Origin: an uncultured Spirochaetia bacterium
Lineage (GTDB): Bacteria > Desulfobacterota_D > UBA1144 > Nemesobacterales > CSP1-2
DNA length: 64,000 nt
Assembly: GCA_964389705.1 (NCBI GenBank)
Contig: CAYMEO010000002.1
Span: 4,318-68,317 of the forward strand
Direction: 5' to 3'
Of this stretch, positions 30,448-40,201 are shown piece after piece; the stretch's first letter is position 1; each line of letters begins with the position of its first letter. A program made the position numbers and the translations under genes. The notes beneath the pieces are model-generated. The model had not been told where the DNA came from and ran no database searches. It saw nothing but the letters and a program-made list of their open reading frames with translations.

Positions 30448-31307
30448 TTGATATACCTCTTAACTAGGATATTGAGCCTCCTTTTTGCTTCTTCCGATAT
30501 GGCATCCTTTGTCGTAATGATTGCATCTCGAAGTGCATTTGAACAGATACATTCCCTTTTTTCAGAGATCATAGGAACAGCTTCTTTTATAATACGTCTT
30601 GCAAGTTCTACATTTTTTGTGAGCGTCTCAATTACCTTATCAACCGTAACATCTGCGTACCCTTCATGCCAGCAGTCATAATCTGTTGAAAGTGCAAGGG
30701 TCGCATAGCAAATCTCAGCCTCGCGTGCGAGTTTCGCCTCAGGCATATTCGTCATTCCTATTACATCCACTCCCCACTTTCTATATATGTTGCTCTCTGC
30801 TCTTGATGAAAACTGCGGTCCCTCAATACAGATATACGTTCCACCCTTATGTGTTATAGCTCCCGATTTTCGAGAGGCTTCATAAAGAACATCAGATAGT
30901 ACAGGACACACAGGCTCTGCCATTGAAACGTGTGCTACAATGCCTTCTCCAAAAAATGTTGAAGCCCTCTTCCTTGTATGGTCGAAGAACTGGGACGGGA
31001 TAACTATGTGGCCGGGAGCAATTTCCTGCTTCATGCTCCCCACAGCGCTTACAGAAATTATCCACTGGACTCCCAGTTTTTTCATCCCATATATGTTTGC
31101 CCGGAAATTTATTTCTGAGGGCATAATCCTATGGCCCCGTCCATGTCTTGGAAGAAAAACCATTCTGGTGTTACCCAGGCTTCCTACCAGGAAATCATCT
31201 GAAGGATGTCCCCATGGGGTTTCTACATGCACGAAGCGAACGTCCGTTAGCTCTTGTATCTCATATAGTCCGCTTCCGCCTATTACTCCAACTGTTTTCA
31301 TATCCAT
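30444..31307 (-). CDS. mtnP: S-methyl-5'-thioadenosine phosphorylase
   Basis: 'VGVIGGSGLY...PWG.PSD...LPRHGRGH' PNP/MTAP family signature. 287 aa. Confidence 0.9.
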   Translation of the reverse strand: MDMKTVGVIGGSGLYEIQELTDVRFVHVETPWGHPSDDFLVGSLGNTRMVFLPRHGRGHRIMPSEINFRANIYGMKKLGVQWIISVSAVGSMKQEIAPGHIVIPSQFFDHTRKRASTFFGEGIVAHVSMAEPVCPVLSDVLYEASRKSGAITHKGGTYICIEGPQFSSRAESNIYRKWGVDVIGMTNMPEAKLAREAEICYATLALSTDYDCWHEGYADVTVDKVIETLTKNVELARRIIKEAVPMISEKRECICSNALRDAIITTKDAISEEAKRRLNILVKRYIK

Positions 31308-31372
31308 AGTTTTAACGGTCTTAAACTAACATTCAAATAAACCAAGGTCAAGATTTCAAGTAAAGGTTGGAT

Positions 31373-32032
31373 TTATACCGCCGCTACATCTTTAAGAAGT
31401 AGGTTCAATGAGAATCTAAGGTTGCTGTATTTTCTGATTGCAAAATTATCCCAGAAGACACATGTACCAAGAAGTATGAATTTCCCTAGACCCAATCGAG
31501 ATTCGGCTCCGATTACCGATTTTTTTCTCGGATGCGATGGGTTTTCTTGAATTACCATTGGTCTCCCTCCATCTCCACGTATAGATATAGATGCAGAACA
31601 TGGAAAAAGAACCCTGTCAACTGAATCGTTATAAGATAGGATTTTTGATGTTACTAAAAGAAGATCATCGCCTTCGTCGTTGTTTAACTTATCTCTTACC
31701 TTATCGTTGTTTAGAAAGAGTCCGAATTGAGAACAGAGGGAATTAATGCATCCGGCTATATTGTCTTCATTATTGTAGTATCCGGTAGCTATTACTCTTC
31801 TCCCTTCATGGAGATACTCTCTTATGAACCTTACCTCGTCTTTCGTAAACGTTTTCTCGGGGTAGTTTAATACCGTCACATCATATCTGCTTATGTCCTT
31901 GAAAGAATCCACTTCTTTAACTATTGCCCCCGATTCTTTAAGGCTGGATTTCAATATGGAGAAGTAGTAATGATCCTCAATTGTGAATTCTAGGTGTGAT
32001 ATATCCCAAGCTATTTTGATTTTTCTTGTCAT
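31373..32032 (-). CDS. Hypothetical protein (possibly GATase1-like/ThuA-like fold)
   Basis: 219 aa with ATG start. No confident family assignment. Confidence 0.4.
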   Translation of the reverse strand: MTRKIKIAWDISHLEFTIEDHYYFSILKSSLKESGAIVKEVDSFKDISRYDVTVLNYPEKTFTKDEVRFIREYLHEGRRVIATGYYNNEDNIAGCINSLCSQFGLFLNNDKVRDKLNNDEGDDLLLVTSKILSYNDSVDRVLFPCSASISIRGDGGRPMVIQENPSHPRKKSVIGAESRLGLGKFILLGTCVFWDNFAIRKYSNLRFSLNLLLKDVAAV

Positions 32033-32044
32033 GAATTGGACTCT

Positions 32045-33007
32045 TTAAATAGACGGAATCTCCAATTTTTGTCCTATGCCCTTAGACTTCGCAAGTTCGT
32101 ATAGGTGGGCTGCAACGGCGATGTCTTCAATAGCAACTCCAAGTGATTTAAACAAGGTTATATCTCCGTCTTTTTTCCTTCCTTTTATTTTGCCTGCTAC
32201 CACTTCTCCAAGCTCATGGATTCCATCCCACTGTAGTCTGCCCTTTTCAATTAAGGGGAGAAACTCACCGGCCTCAATTTTTGACTGTTCCTTTGATTCA
32301 ACGACTATAATACTGCTTCGTTTCACCGCAGTCTCATCTATCTCACGTTTGAATAAAAAATTCCCTCCTATGGCGTTTATATGAATCCCATCCCGAAGCC
32401 ACTCGCCTTTAAAAACGGGTTCTACCGACGTGGTAGATGTAATTATAATATCTGCCTTATCTAAAACGTCTTCTGGTTTATCTACTGGGACGGCTTCTAT
32501 TGCGAGAAACTCCTCCATCTCCTTACAAAATGACTTCCTTTTATCGGCGTTGCGACTGTAGGCTTTAATCCTCCCTATCTTTCTTACAGACGCAACCCCC
32601 ATGAGCTGTCCCCTTGCCTGCCAACCCGTACCAAATATTCCGACCACATCTGCATCTGTCCTTGACATATATTTTGTTGCGACACCTGTCGTTGCCCCTG
32701 TGCGAATCATACCCATGAAGTTGCCGTCCATTATTGAAAGAAGCTCGCCGGTTTCAATGCTGTGGAGAAAAACACGAAACTTAACCCCGCCTTTGTATGA
32801 GGTGTAGGCTTTGTAGCCTATCACCTTCATATGTGGAATTGCACCAGCCAGATAGTGAAGCATGCTCTTTTCTGTTCGTACTCTCAGCCTCGGATGATTG
32901 ATTACGTTTCCTAAGCCCTGTTGTCTAAAGGCTTCTTCTATCACTCTTATAGCATCGTCCATAGATAGAATCTGCTCTATATCCTTTTCTCCTAGAAATA
33001 AGACCAT
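32045..33007 (-). CDS. Ornithine cyclodeaminase/mu-crystallin family protein
   Basis: AAGGAG RBS. Rossmann motif 'IFGTGWQARGQL' and OCD-family layout. Confidence 0.8.
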   Translation of the reverse strand: MVLFLGEKDIEQILSMDDAIRVIEEAFRQQGLGNVINHPRLRVRTEKSMLHYLAGAIPHMKVIGYKAYTSYKGGVKFRVFLHSIETGELLSIMDGNFMGMIRTGATTGVATKYMSRTDADVVGIFGTGWQARGQLMGVASVRKIGRIKAYSRNADKRKSFCKEMEEFLAIEAVPVDKPEDVLDKADIIITSTTSVEPVFKGEWLRDGIHINAIGGNFLFKREIDETAVKRSSIIVVESKEQSKIEAGEFLPLIEKGRLQWDGIHELGEVVAGKIKGRKKDGDITLFKSLGVAIEDIAVAAHLYELAKSKGIGQKLEIPSI

Positions 33008-33125
33008 GATTCATCTCCTTAAAATGATTTTGTCATATAGAGCATATGCAGGGGTGACTTATAAATTATCCCTACTTTGCTCATTTTCGGAGATTATCCA
33101 AAGTATCTTTCATGCATTGAGGCTC

Positions 33126-34175
33126 TCATTTATATATAAATACCAAAACAGCACTTGTGGCAATCAGGTTCAGAACCGCAAGTGGGAAAAGAACCTTCCA
33201 GCCGAGACGCATTAGCTGATCATATCGAAACCTGGGAAGGGTCCACCTGACCCAGATAAAGAAAAATAGCAGGAATAGAACCTTTCCAATAAAGACAATC
33301 GGAGGCAGAAACCAGTATCTATTTATATCAATCCCGAACCAGCCGCCAAATGGCAGGGGATACCATCCACCGAGGAAAAGGCTCACAGCAAGGGCTGAGG
33401 CGGTTATCATGTTTGTATACTCAGCCATAAAGAACATAGCGAATTTCATACTGCTGTATTCCGTGTGATACCCGGCTACAAGCTCAGGCTCGGCTTCGGG
33501 AAGATCAAAAGGAAGACGGTTTGTTTCCGCAAATGAAGAGATTAGAAATATCAAAAATCCCAAAGCTTGGGGAATTGCAAACCAGACCTTTGACTGGGCA
33601 TCAACTATGTCGTTGAGTCTTAGGGAACCTGCTATTGCTATTACTCCTATAATCGAGAGACCAAGGGAAAGTTCATAGCTTATCATCTGAGCCGCGGATC
33701 GAAGCCCTCCAAGAAGTGAGTATTTGCTGTTTGATGACCATCCTCCAAGGACTATTCCGTAGACTCCGAGTGATGTTATAGCAAGGACATAAAGAATCCC
33801 GGCGTTTATGTCGGCTATCTGAAACTTTATATGAATAGGTTCTTTAAGAAATCCAAAGAGCGTTGTGTCGAAGCCGTAGCCTATTGGGATTACGGCAAGG
33901 GCGATTATTGCCGTAACTAGAGAAAAGGCTGGGGCCAGGATATAGAATGGTTTATCTGCGCCATCGGGGATAATGTCTTCTTTAAATATGAATTTTGCGC
34001 CATCTGCAAGGGGCTGAAGAAGGCCAAAGGGGCCTACGCGATTTGGGCCTAGTCTATCTTGGATGAATGCACTTATCCGTCTCTCTGCATAGGTAAGATA
34101 GGCAACGAGTGTAAGAACAACAAATAGAACGAGAGATACTTTTGCAACGGAGATTCCGATTTCGATCCAGAGCAT
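33126..34175 (-). CDS. nuoH: NADH-quinone oxidoreductase subunit H
   Basis: 'AYLTYAERRISAFIQDRLGPNRVGPFGLLQPLADGAKF' is the canonical NuoH/ND1 motif. 349 aa polytopic membrane protein. Confidence 0.95.
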   Translation of the reverse strand: MLWIEIGISVAKVSLVLFVVLTLVAYLTYAERRISAFIQDRLGPNRVGPFGLLQPLADGAKFIFKEDIIPDGADKPFYILAPAFSLVTAIIALAVIPIGYGFDTTLFGFLKEPIHIKFQIADINAGILYVLAITSLGVYGIVLGGWSSNSKYSLLGGLRSAAQMISYELSLGLSIIGVIAIAGSLRLNDIVDAQSKVWFAIPQALGFLIFLISSFAETNRLPFDLPEAEPELVAGYHTEYSSMKFAMFFMAEYTNMITASALAVSLFLGGWYPLPFGGWFGIDINRYWFLPPIVFIGKVLFLLFFFIWVRWTLPRFRYDQLMRLGWKVLFPLAVLNLIATSAVLVFIYK

Positions 34176-34214
34176 TCCTTTTTCTTTTCTCTTTACTTAT
34201 GTTTTTAATACGAA

Positions 34215-34312
34215 TTAGCCCGAATGAAATAATCGAAATACAGAGAGGAAATACTGTCGAATTCTGTATTACTGTTATTCTAGTATCTTGTATTCGCGTT
34301 CATTCGGGCTAA
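34215..34312. repeat. Structured inverted-repeat element in the nuoG-nuoH intergenic region
   Basis: Perfect 14-bp arms TTAGCCCGAATGAA (34215-34228) and TTCATTCGGGCTAA (34299-34312) around a 70-nt spacer. The spacer carries its own nested repeats (AATACAG/CTGTATT, gaaatacag/gaaatactg). Confidence 0.5.
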
Positions 34313-34322
34313 GTTAAGATTT

Positions 34323-35918
34323 TTATCCTATCTTTTTTATGCCGAGTATTCCAATTTTATCGTAGTCCATGTTTTTATAAGTAGAGATATTTTGACCAAT
34401 CTCAATCATGACCTGAGACGGATTTATATACTTGAAATTCTCTTGTTTAATCCTCTTTCCAAGAAGGGTAAGAATCTCCCAATCGGGTTTTGCATTTCCA
34501 GGCGGAGAGATCGCCTTTTTGATTCTCTGTACCCTCCCCTCATCATTTGTAAACGTTCCGTCCTTCTCATAGGGACTTGCACCTGGAAGAATCACATGGG
34601 CTAGTTTGGCAGTTTCCGTGAGTCTAAAATCCTCGACAGCAAGGAATGAGAGTTTAGACAGAGCCTCAGTGAGTCTTGCTTTTTCCCCTTCGGAGACGAC
34701 ACTAAATAGATCTTCGCCCACAACATAGAGGGCTTTTATTTCTTCTCTAAAAAGGAAGCTTATCAGTTCTCCTAATCCATCTGAATCGGAAGCCAAACCC
34801 ATGTCCCTTGCACCGATACTATTTGGAAATGGGTCTGTGCTTATTAACCCGAATTTCTTCTCTCCTTTCATTTTGCCGATGCGTGCATTTAGATTATTAA
34901 CGCCCAAAAGGCCGGCGAGTTTTTTAAGGAGATAGCACTCCTCATTTGTAAGCATCGGGGAGCCCACAAATGCAAGAGAGTTGGGTGATTCATCTCTTGC
35001 CCGGCTAATCTCGGATATAACAAGGTCTAATGCCTCTTCCCAGGTAGCAACTCGGAAGCTCTCTCCATGTCTTCGAAGCGGTTCTCTTAGACGGTCTTTA
35101 GTTTGAATATCTCTAAATCCATATCTGCCTATATCACATATCCAGTAGTCGTTTACATCGAGATTTATTCTTGGGCGAATCCTTGAAATATGACCTTTTC
35201 TTGGGTCAACCCCGACTGTGATATTACAGCCGTTACTGCAAAGAGGGCACACAGTATCGGTGAATTTCCAATACCAAACCCGCTCTTCATGGAGCGTGTC
35301 TTTACTAAGGAGTGCTCCTACAGGACAGAGGTCAATCACATTTCCCGCAAGCTCGTTATCCAGTTTCTTCTCAGGAAAAATCACAATTCTTTTCCTAAAC
35401 CCGCGCCCATCAAATCCCAGTTCCCCAGTTTTAGTGACTTCGTTTGTAAACCGCACGCACCTCGTGCACATAATGCATCGGTTTGGATCATACATTATTC
35501 TGTCGCTTAGATAATATTTCCTTCTTACCTTTTTCTCCTCAGGGCCATCGAATCTGCTGCGCCCGGGACCATGCTTAAAGGTTGTAAGCTGAAGCGGGCA
35601 CTCGCCGCCTTTATCGCATATAGGGCAGTCGAGCGGATGGTTTATTAGTGTGAATTCAACCACTGCTTCTCTTGCCTTGATTGCTCTACTGGTATTGGTT
35701 TTTACAATAAGTCCGTCTCTTACAGGTGTATTGCATGCGGGCATTACCTTTGGAACACCTTCAATCTCTACGAGGCACTGCCTGCACTGGGCTACAATAC
35801 TTAAGCCGGGATGGTAGCAGAAGTGAGGGATTTCAATTCCGATCCGCGCCGCTGCCTGTATGATATTTATTCCGTCTTCGGCCTCTATCTCAATTCCATC
35901 TATTGTAAGCTTGGGCAT
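34323..35918 (-). CDS. nuoG: NADH-quinone oxidoreductase subunit G (short form)
   Basis: N-terminal 2Fe-2S ferredoxin fold 'KLTIDGIEIEAEDGINIIQAAARIGIEIPHFCYH', followed by 4Fe-4S Cys motifs and a molybdopterin-oxidoreductase-like domain. 531 aa. Confidence 0.85.
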   Translation of the reverse strand: MPKLTIDGIEIEAEDGINIIQAAARIGIEIPHFCYHPGLSIVAQCRQCLVEIEGVPKVMPACNTPVRDGLIVKTNTSRAIKAREAVVEFTLINHPLDCPICDKGGECPLQLTTFKHGPGRSRFDGPEEKKVRRKYYLSDRIMYDPNRCIMCTRCVRFTNEVTKTGELGFDGRGFRKRIVIFPEKKLDNELAGNVIDLCPVGALLSKDTLHEERVWYWKFTDTVCPLCSNGCNITVGVDPRKGHISRIRPRINLDVNDYWICDIGRYGFRDIQTKDRLREPLRRHGESFRVATWEEALDLVISEISRARDESPNSLAFVGSPMLTNEECYLLKKLAGLLGVNNLNARIGKMKGEKKFGLISTDPFPNSIGARDMGLASDSDGLGELISFLFREEIKALYVVGEDLFSVVSEGEKARLTEALSKLSFLAVEDFRLTETAKLAHVILPGASPYEKDGTFTNDEGRVQRIKKAISPPGNAKPDWEILTLLGKRIKQENFKYINPSQVMIEIGQNISTYKNMDYDKIGILGIKKIG

Positions 35919-35993
35919 AGAAAATCTCTTTAAAGATTCTATCTGACCATAATTGAGTATGCAACCTTGAAAGGGATAAAAATAGAAAAGTCC

Positions 35994-36287
35994 TTAGGAA
36001 AGCGTTTTTTCTTTTACCTCTGCTGCATCAAGATTTGAAGTTTTGTTCTCCTCTTTTTTCGTCTCGTCTTTCCTTTCTTCTGTCCTCGTTTCCGGAGGTT
36101 TTACCCTTACTTCTTCATTATATTCAATCTCCATATCTATTGTGCGTCTGAGCTCATCTGTAGCCCTCTGAAACTCTCTCATCGCCCGCCCAAGTGTTCT
36201 TGCAACCTTAGGAATCTCCTTTGGACCGAGGACAATTAGGGCAATTAAGAGAATCAAAAGCAACTCGCTTGTTCCAATACCAAACAT
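35994..36287 (-). CDS. tatA: Twin-arginine translocase TatA/TatB-family protein
   Basis: GGGGAG RBS. 'MFGIGTSELLLILLIALIVLGPKEIPKVARTLGRAMREF' is the TatA/E signature. Long acidic C-terminal tail. Confidence 0.8.
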   Translation of the reverse strand: MFGIGTSELLLILLIALIVLGPKEIPKVARTLGRAMREFQRATDELRRTIDMEIEYNEEVRVKPPETRTEERKDETKKEENKTSNLDAAEVKEKTLS

Positions 36288-36385
36288 TCTAATCTCCCCA
36301 TTTCTCTCCGGCGTTCAATTTATAAGATATTTGCCTTCTCTTTAGCGATAGGGTATCACATCGGACTCAATTGTTCAAACGGTTT

Positions 36386-37216
36386 CTATGTTGCCAAAAC
36401 CTTTGCAATTTTGGGGAAGATATATTCTGCTACATCCCTTCGCGAGCCGCCACCTGTGATTATTAAGTATCTTCCTTGACAGACCTCTTCGGCGCACTTC
36501 TTTATTTCCTTCACGAGGTCTATAAAAAATTCTTCTGTCAATCCGATGTCTCCATAATCTCCTTGACATGTGTCATGTCCTAGGAAATGGAAAATCATTG
36601 CTGGATTAAACTCTTTGGCTCTGGGGATGAATTCTTTCCTTACAAGATCAAGGTAGTTCTCGTTGCTTGACCTCCAACCGACATTCACACAGATGTTTGT
36701 TTCACTAACATAGGATGTGTCACAGAAGCAGATATGAAGAAGGTTCGGATCGTTTTTAAACATCTCTCTGTCTCCATCCCCGTGATGGCGGTCCGTATCA
36801 ATGAGGACAAATTTTTTAGCATCTGAACTCTCTCTTATGAGATAAACCGCTGGTACAACGCAGTTGAGATACGTTCCACCCCATGCGTATTTGGGGCCGG
36901 CGTGGTGACCTGATGCGCTATTAAATAACAGCCCATTTTTTAACTCTCCGCCCATTATCTTTTTGCTTGCCTCGATGCAGGCACCAACTGAGTAAAATGC
37001 GTTTTTCCCATATGGTTTATCTTTTAGGTTTTCTATCATTTCTCTGGTATGAAATCTTAGAATTAAATCCTCTGATACAGCCTTATGCTCAAAGAGCCTT
37101 ACATTGGGGAGTTTGAGCACATCTTCTAGGACTTCAGGAAAATTGATAAACTTAGGCCCTATCACTGGTCCTGGACTTGTCTTAAATATATGGCTGTAGA
37201 ATATCCCTGTTGTCAT
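36386..37216 (-). CDS. Histone-deacetylase/acetoin-utilisation (arginase-deacetylase superfamily) family protein
   Basis: Active-site motifs 'SGHHAG' and 'LIDTDRHHGDGD' (the DxDxHHGDG pattern). 276 aa, which is short for the family. Confidence 0.7.
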   Translation of the reverse strand: MTTGIFYSHIFKTSPGPVIGPKFINFPEVLEDVLKLPNVRLFEHKAVSEDLILRFHTREMIENLKDKPYGKNAFYSVGACIEASKKIMGGELKNGLLFNSASGHHAGPKYAWGGTYLNCVVPAVYLIRESSDAKKFVLIDTDRHHGDGDREMFKNDPNLLHICFCDTSYVSETNICVNVGWRSSNENYLDLVRKEFIPRAKEFNPAMIFHFLGHDTCQGDYGDIGLTEEFFIDLVKEIKKCAEEVCQGRYLIITGGGSRRDVAEYIFPKIAKVLAT

Positions 37217-37246
37217 TTTCTACTTCTACGAATCTTATGATCGAAT

Positions 37247-38725
37247 TTATCCCAAAATTTCTCCAAAAAATTTCAAGAGCGGAGCTAAATCAATCTTCTC
37301 AAACCCCGCTATTTTAGAAATATCTTGAGAAAAGGTTCTTCCCCCTTCTTTCCACATATTGCGGATGAAATCTCCGGCTTCTTTTTTCCTCCACCACTCT
37401 TCATCAAAATTTTCCCTTAAGTACCATTTCAGTTCTGATTCAATAATATAGCCTCTTAAATAACTCGCACTGTGGAAAAACAGATCAAAGTCATCTAAGT
37501 AATCGTCTTCGCTATGATTGGAGAGGGTTGCCTCTTTAAGTGTTTGTCTATAAAAATCGGGTTTGTCTCTAAAGTCTTCATCTTTATGAAGAGACAACTC
37601 ATAAATAAGCTTCCCTACGTAGTATCTAATGATCATGAGTTGTTTGAGATACAGAAATCTTAGAAAGTCTCTTCCTGTATCTAACTTTAAATATCTCCGC
37701 AACCACTTTGGCTGAAGAAGGAGGTTTCTAAATACAAATCCGAAGACCTCCTCCAGTGCCGATTCAGTAAGCCTTTTAAACTCAAATTCGTCTTCGGGAT
37801 TCCTGTATCTGTATAGAAGTGCAATCCCAAGCATGTGAAAGAAGGATTCGTAATCTTCGACACCCCCTACAGGATAAACTGAGAGCACTATATTCTGTGG
37901 CACTTCAATCGGAATACAGAAGGGACGTGAAACCTTTCCTTTCCTGCCTGATAAATCCGCCTTTATACCTTCGTCAATGTCTAAGCCCATTTCATTGAGG
38001 CATTTTCTTGCCAGAGCCTTTAAATCTATTTTTGGAAACTCTGACTTGAGTTCAAACGAATTAAAAAGATAAGAAAGGTCATGCCATTTAGCGTCTTTTA
38101 ATCTTAATTCCATCCGCTTTAGTAAGAACCATTTAAGCAGGTCTCTGTAGGCATACTCCGTATCCTTGAGAAATATTCTTGCTTTTTCTTCAATCTCGCT
38201 GAGATTTAGTCCTCCCATTTCATCACAGAGGCTTATGTATGAAAATCCGATCTCCGACGCAGCACCGTGTGCGGTTTCAAGAATTTTAAGAAAAAGAGGA
38301 TCGAGCCTTAGGGCTATTTCCCTTCTTTTCCTATCTATATCTTCTCTTTTTGTTCTTATCGCCTCTCTTTTTATCTCTGCTGCTGCTGATCTGTAGGGGA
38401 TTGTTTTATAATCAACTCTGATCTCATCCGTGGCTTCGATCCTGAGAATTTCATCTTTGAGCTTTGCCGTTTTGTTCTCTACTATGGAACGGGCTAAGAG
38501 GCTGAGAATCAGTTTCAGCCCTTTTTCTTCTTCCACATCCTTTGGGGATGTATCCTTCAGGGAAAAAAATACATCTGTGCTGCCAAAAATGAGATGGGCC
38601 TCATATATAGATTTGAGGTTAGTTTCCTCTTTTAGTCCGGCTAAATTTCGATAGAGTTCCTGGTTTAGAGCCTTGATGAACCCATCGCCATATTTGCGAA
38701 CCTCTAAAATTGTATCGCTAGCCAT
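37247..38725 (-). CDS. Hypothetical 492-aa cytoplasmic protein (no recognised catalytic motif)
   Basis: Long ORF with an ATG start, immediately upstream of the HDAC-like gene. No HExxH or other signature found; function unknown. Confidence 0.4.
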   Translation of the reverse strand: MASDTILEVRKYGDGFIKALNQELYRNLAGLKEETNLKSIYEAHLIFGSTDVFFSLKDTSPKDVEEEKGLKLILSLLARSIVENKTAKLKDEILRIEATDEIRVDYKTIPYRSAAAEIKREAIRTKREDIDRKRREIALRLDPLFLKILETAHGAASEIGFSYISLCDEMGGLNLSEIEEKARIFLKDTEYAYRDLLKWFLLKRMELRLKDAKWHDLSYLFNSFELKSEFPKIDLKALARKCLNEMGLDIDEGIKADLSGRKGKVSRPFCIPIEVPQNIVLSVYPVGGVEDYESFFHMLGIALLYRYRNPEDEFEFKRLTESALEEVFGFVFRNLLLQPKWLRRYLKLDTGRDFLRFLYLKQLMIIRYYVGKLIYELSLHKDEDFRDKPDFYRQTLKEATLSNHSEDDYLDDFDLFFHSASYLRGYIIESELKWYLRENFDEEWWRKKEAGDFIRNMWKEGGRTFSQDISKIAGFEKIDLAPLLKFFGEILG

Positions 38726-38802
38726 ATTCGACTTAGATATATTTTATATTAGATTTATCGGCATTTCTCCATCTATCCACCCGGTGTGTATCAATTATTG
38801 TT

Positions 38803-40050
38803 CTATTGGGACGCGCTGGCAACGGTTCTAACTATTCTCTCTGGAGGCTTAATAAAGAAGGACGAAATCGCAGCCGCATAACAGAAAAATATACTGAGAA
38901 GAAAGGCGTAGAAGTACGTGCCTGATATGTCGTGTATGTATCCAGCGAGAAGCGGTCCTCCTATTGCCGCGACACAGTATGAGGTACCAAAAAAACCGTA
39001 TATCGTTCCTACTGCGCTGAGGCCGAAAAACCTTCCAAGAAGTGTAGGAAAAATCGGAACCCATCCGCTGTAGAAAAATCCAAACAGGATTCCAAAAAGG
39101 TAAAAAGCCCAGGTTTGCCTAAAAATAAGTATGAGAAACAGGGAACTCCCCTGAAGAAAAAAACAGAGAAAGAGCACCCTCTTACTCTCTAAGACCTCTG
39201 TGATCAATCCCGATATGGTAACTCTTCCCACTATACTTCCTGCCCCAATAGATGCCGGAGCGCCTGAGGCCACGAGCGCGGGGATCCCTGAGTCTATTGC
39301 GAAATTAAAAAGATGAATTACAACTACCAGAAAGGTAACAAATCCGAAAAAATACATCGAGTACATCAACCAGAATGCCGGCGTGGCTATAGCCTCAAGG
39401 GCTTTCCAATCATTATTGCTGTTCTGTGCGATTTGGGCTTTTGATAATTCTTCCTCTCCATAGGGCCTGAGATTCTTCTCCTCCGGATATCCCCTGAGTA
39501 CTAAGACCGCAACCATCGAGGCTGTGAGAAGCCCCCCTAATGCAAAGAACGCATTTCTCAGTCCCAAGGATGAGATGAGCCATGCGGTAAGGGGATTTGT
39601 AATCAGACCACTCAGCGGTACCCCAGTTGTAATGATTCCGATTGCAAGAGCCCTTTTTTTTATGAACCACCTGCTCACTACGGCTACACATGTGATGTAG
39701 AGAACCCCATCTCCAAGTCCGATTAGGAATCCATAGGATACGTATAATTGCCATCCCTTAGTTGCGATACCCGAGAGAAACATTCCTAAAGCCGTAATAA
39801 TTCCTCCTGAAGCGATTACCACTCTTGGGTCGTATCTGTCTACAAGGCGTCCTGCAAGTGTTAAAGAGAAGGCAAGGACGATTGATCTCATTGAGAATAT
39901 TGAAGAGCCTATAGCGCGGGAAAATCCAAACTCCCTATTCAAATATGGGAGGAATACACCAAATGAATAGAGAAGAAGACCATCCATGATGATTAAGATG
40001 AGAGATGCGGCTACGATATACCACCCATAGAAAATCCTATTTCTGGCCAT
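38803..40050 (-). CDS. MFS transporter (oxalate/formate antiporter-like subfamily)
   Basis: AAGGAG RBS. 12 predicted TM segments. 'MDGLLLYSFGVFLP...GRLVDRYDPR' is an MFS motif. Confidence 0.8.
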   Translation of the reverse strand: MARNRIFYGWYIVAASLILIIMDGLLLYSFGVFLPYLNREFGFSRAIGSSIFSMRSIVLAFSLTLAGRLVDRYDPRVVIASGGIITALGMFLSGIATKGWQLYVSYGFLIGLGDGVLYITCVAVVSRWFIKKRALAIGIITTGVPLSGLITNPLTAWLISSLGLRNAFFALGGLLTASMVAVLVLRGYPEEKNLRPYGEEELSKAQIAQNSNNDWKALEAIATPAFWLMYSMYFFGFVTFLVVVIHLFNFAIDSGIPALVASGAPASIGAGSIVGRVTISGLITEVLESKRVLFLCFFLQGSSLFLILIFRQTWAFYLFGILFGFFYSGWVPIFPTLLGRFFGLSAVGTIYGFFGTSYCVAAIGGPLLAGYIHDISGTYFYAFLLSIFFCYAAAISSFFIKPPERIVRTVASASQ

Positions 40051-40201
40051 TTGTTCTCCTTAATTTATAGTCAACTGCATTAGCTTCTATAGTTGTCTTT
40101 GGGATTTTTAGAGACTCGTTGCAATGTGCTCCCTATAATTCAAGATTGGTTCGCGTAATGTTTTTTGAGGTGAACCATATCTAAATCGAGAGTTATCCTA
40201 A

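Noticed and set aside
36375-36569. 64-aa ORF overlapping the 3' end of the HDAC-like gene
   Set aside because: Different frame of the same strand inside a supported CDS; highly basic artefactual translation.
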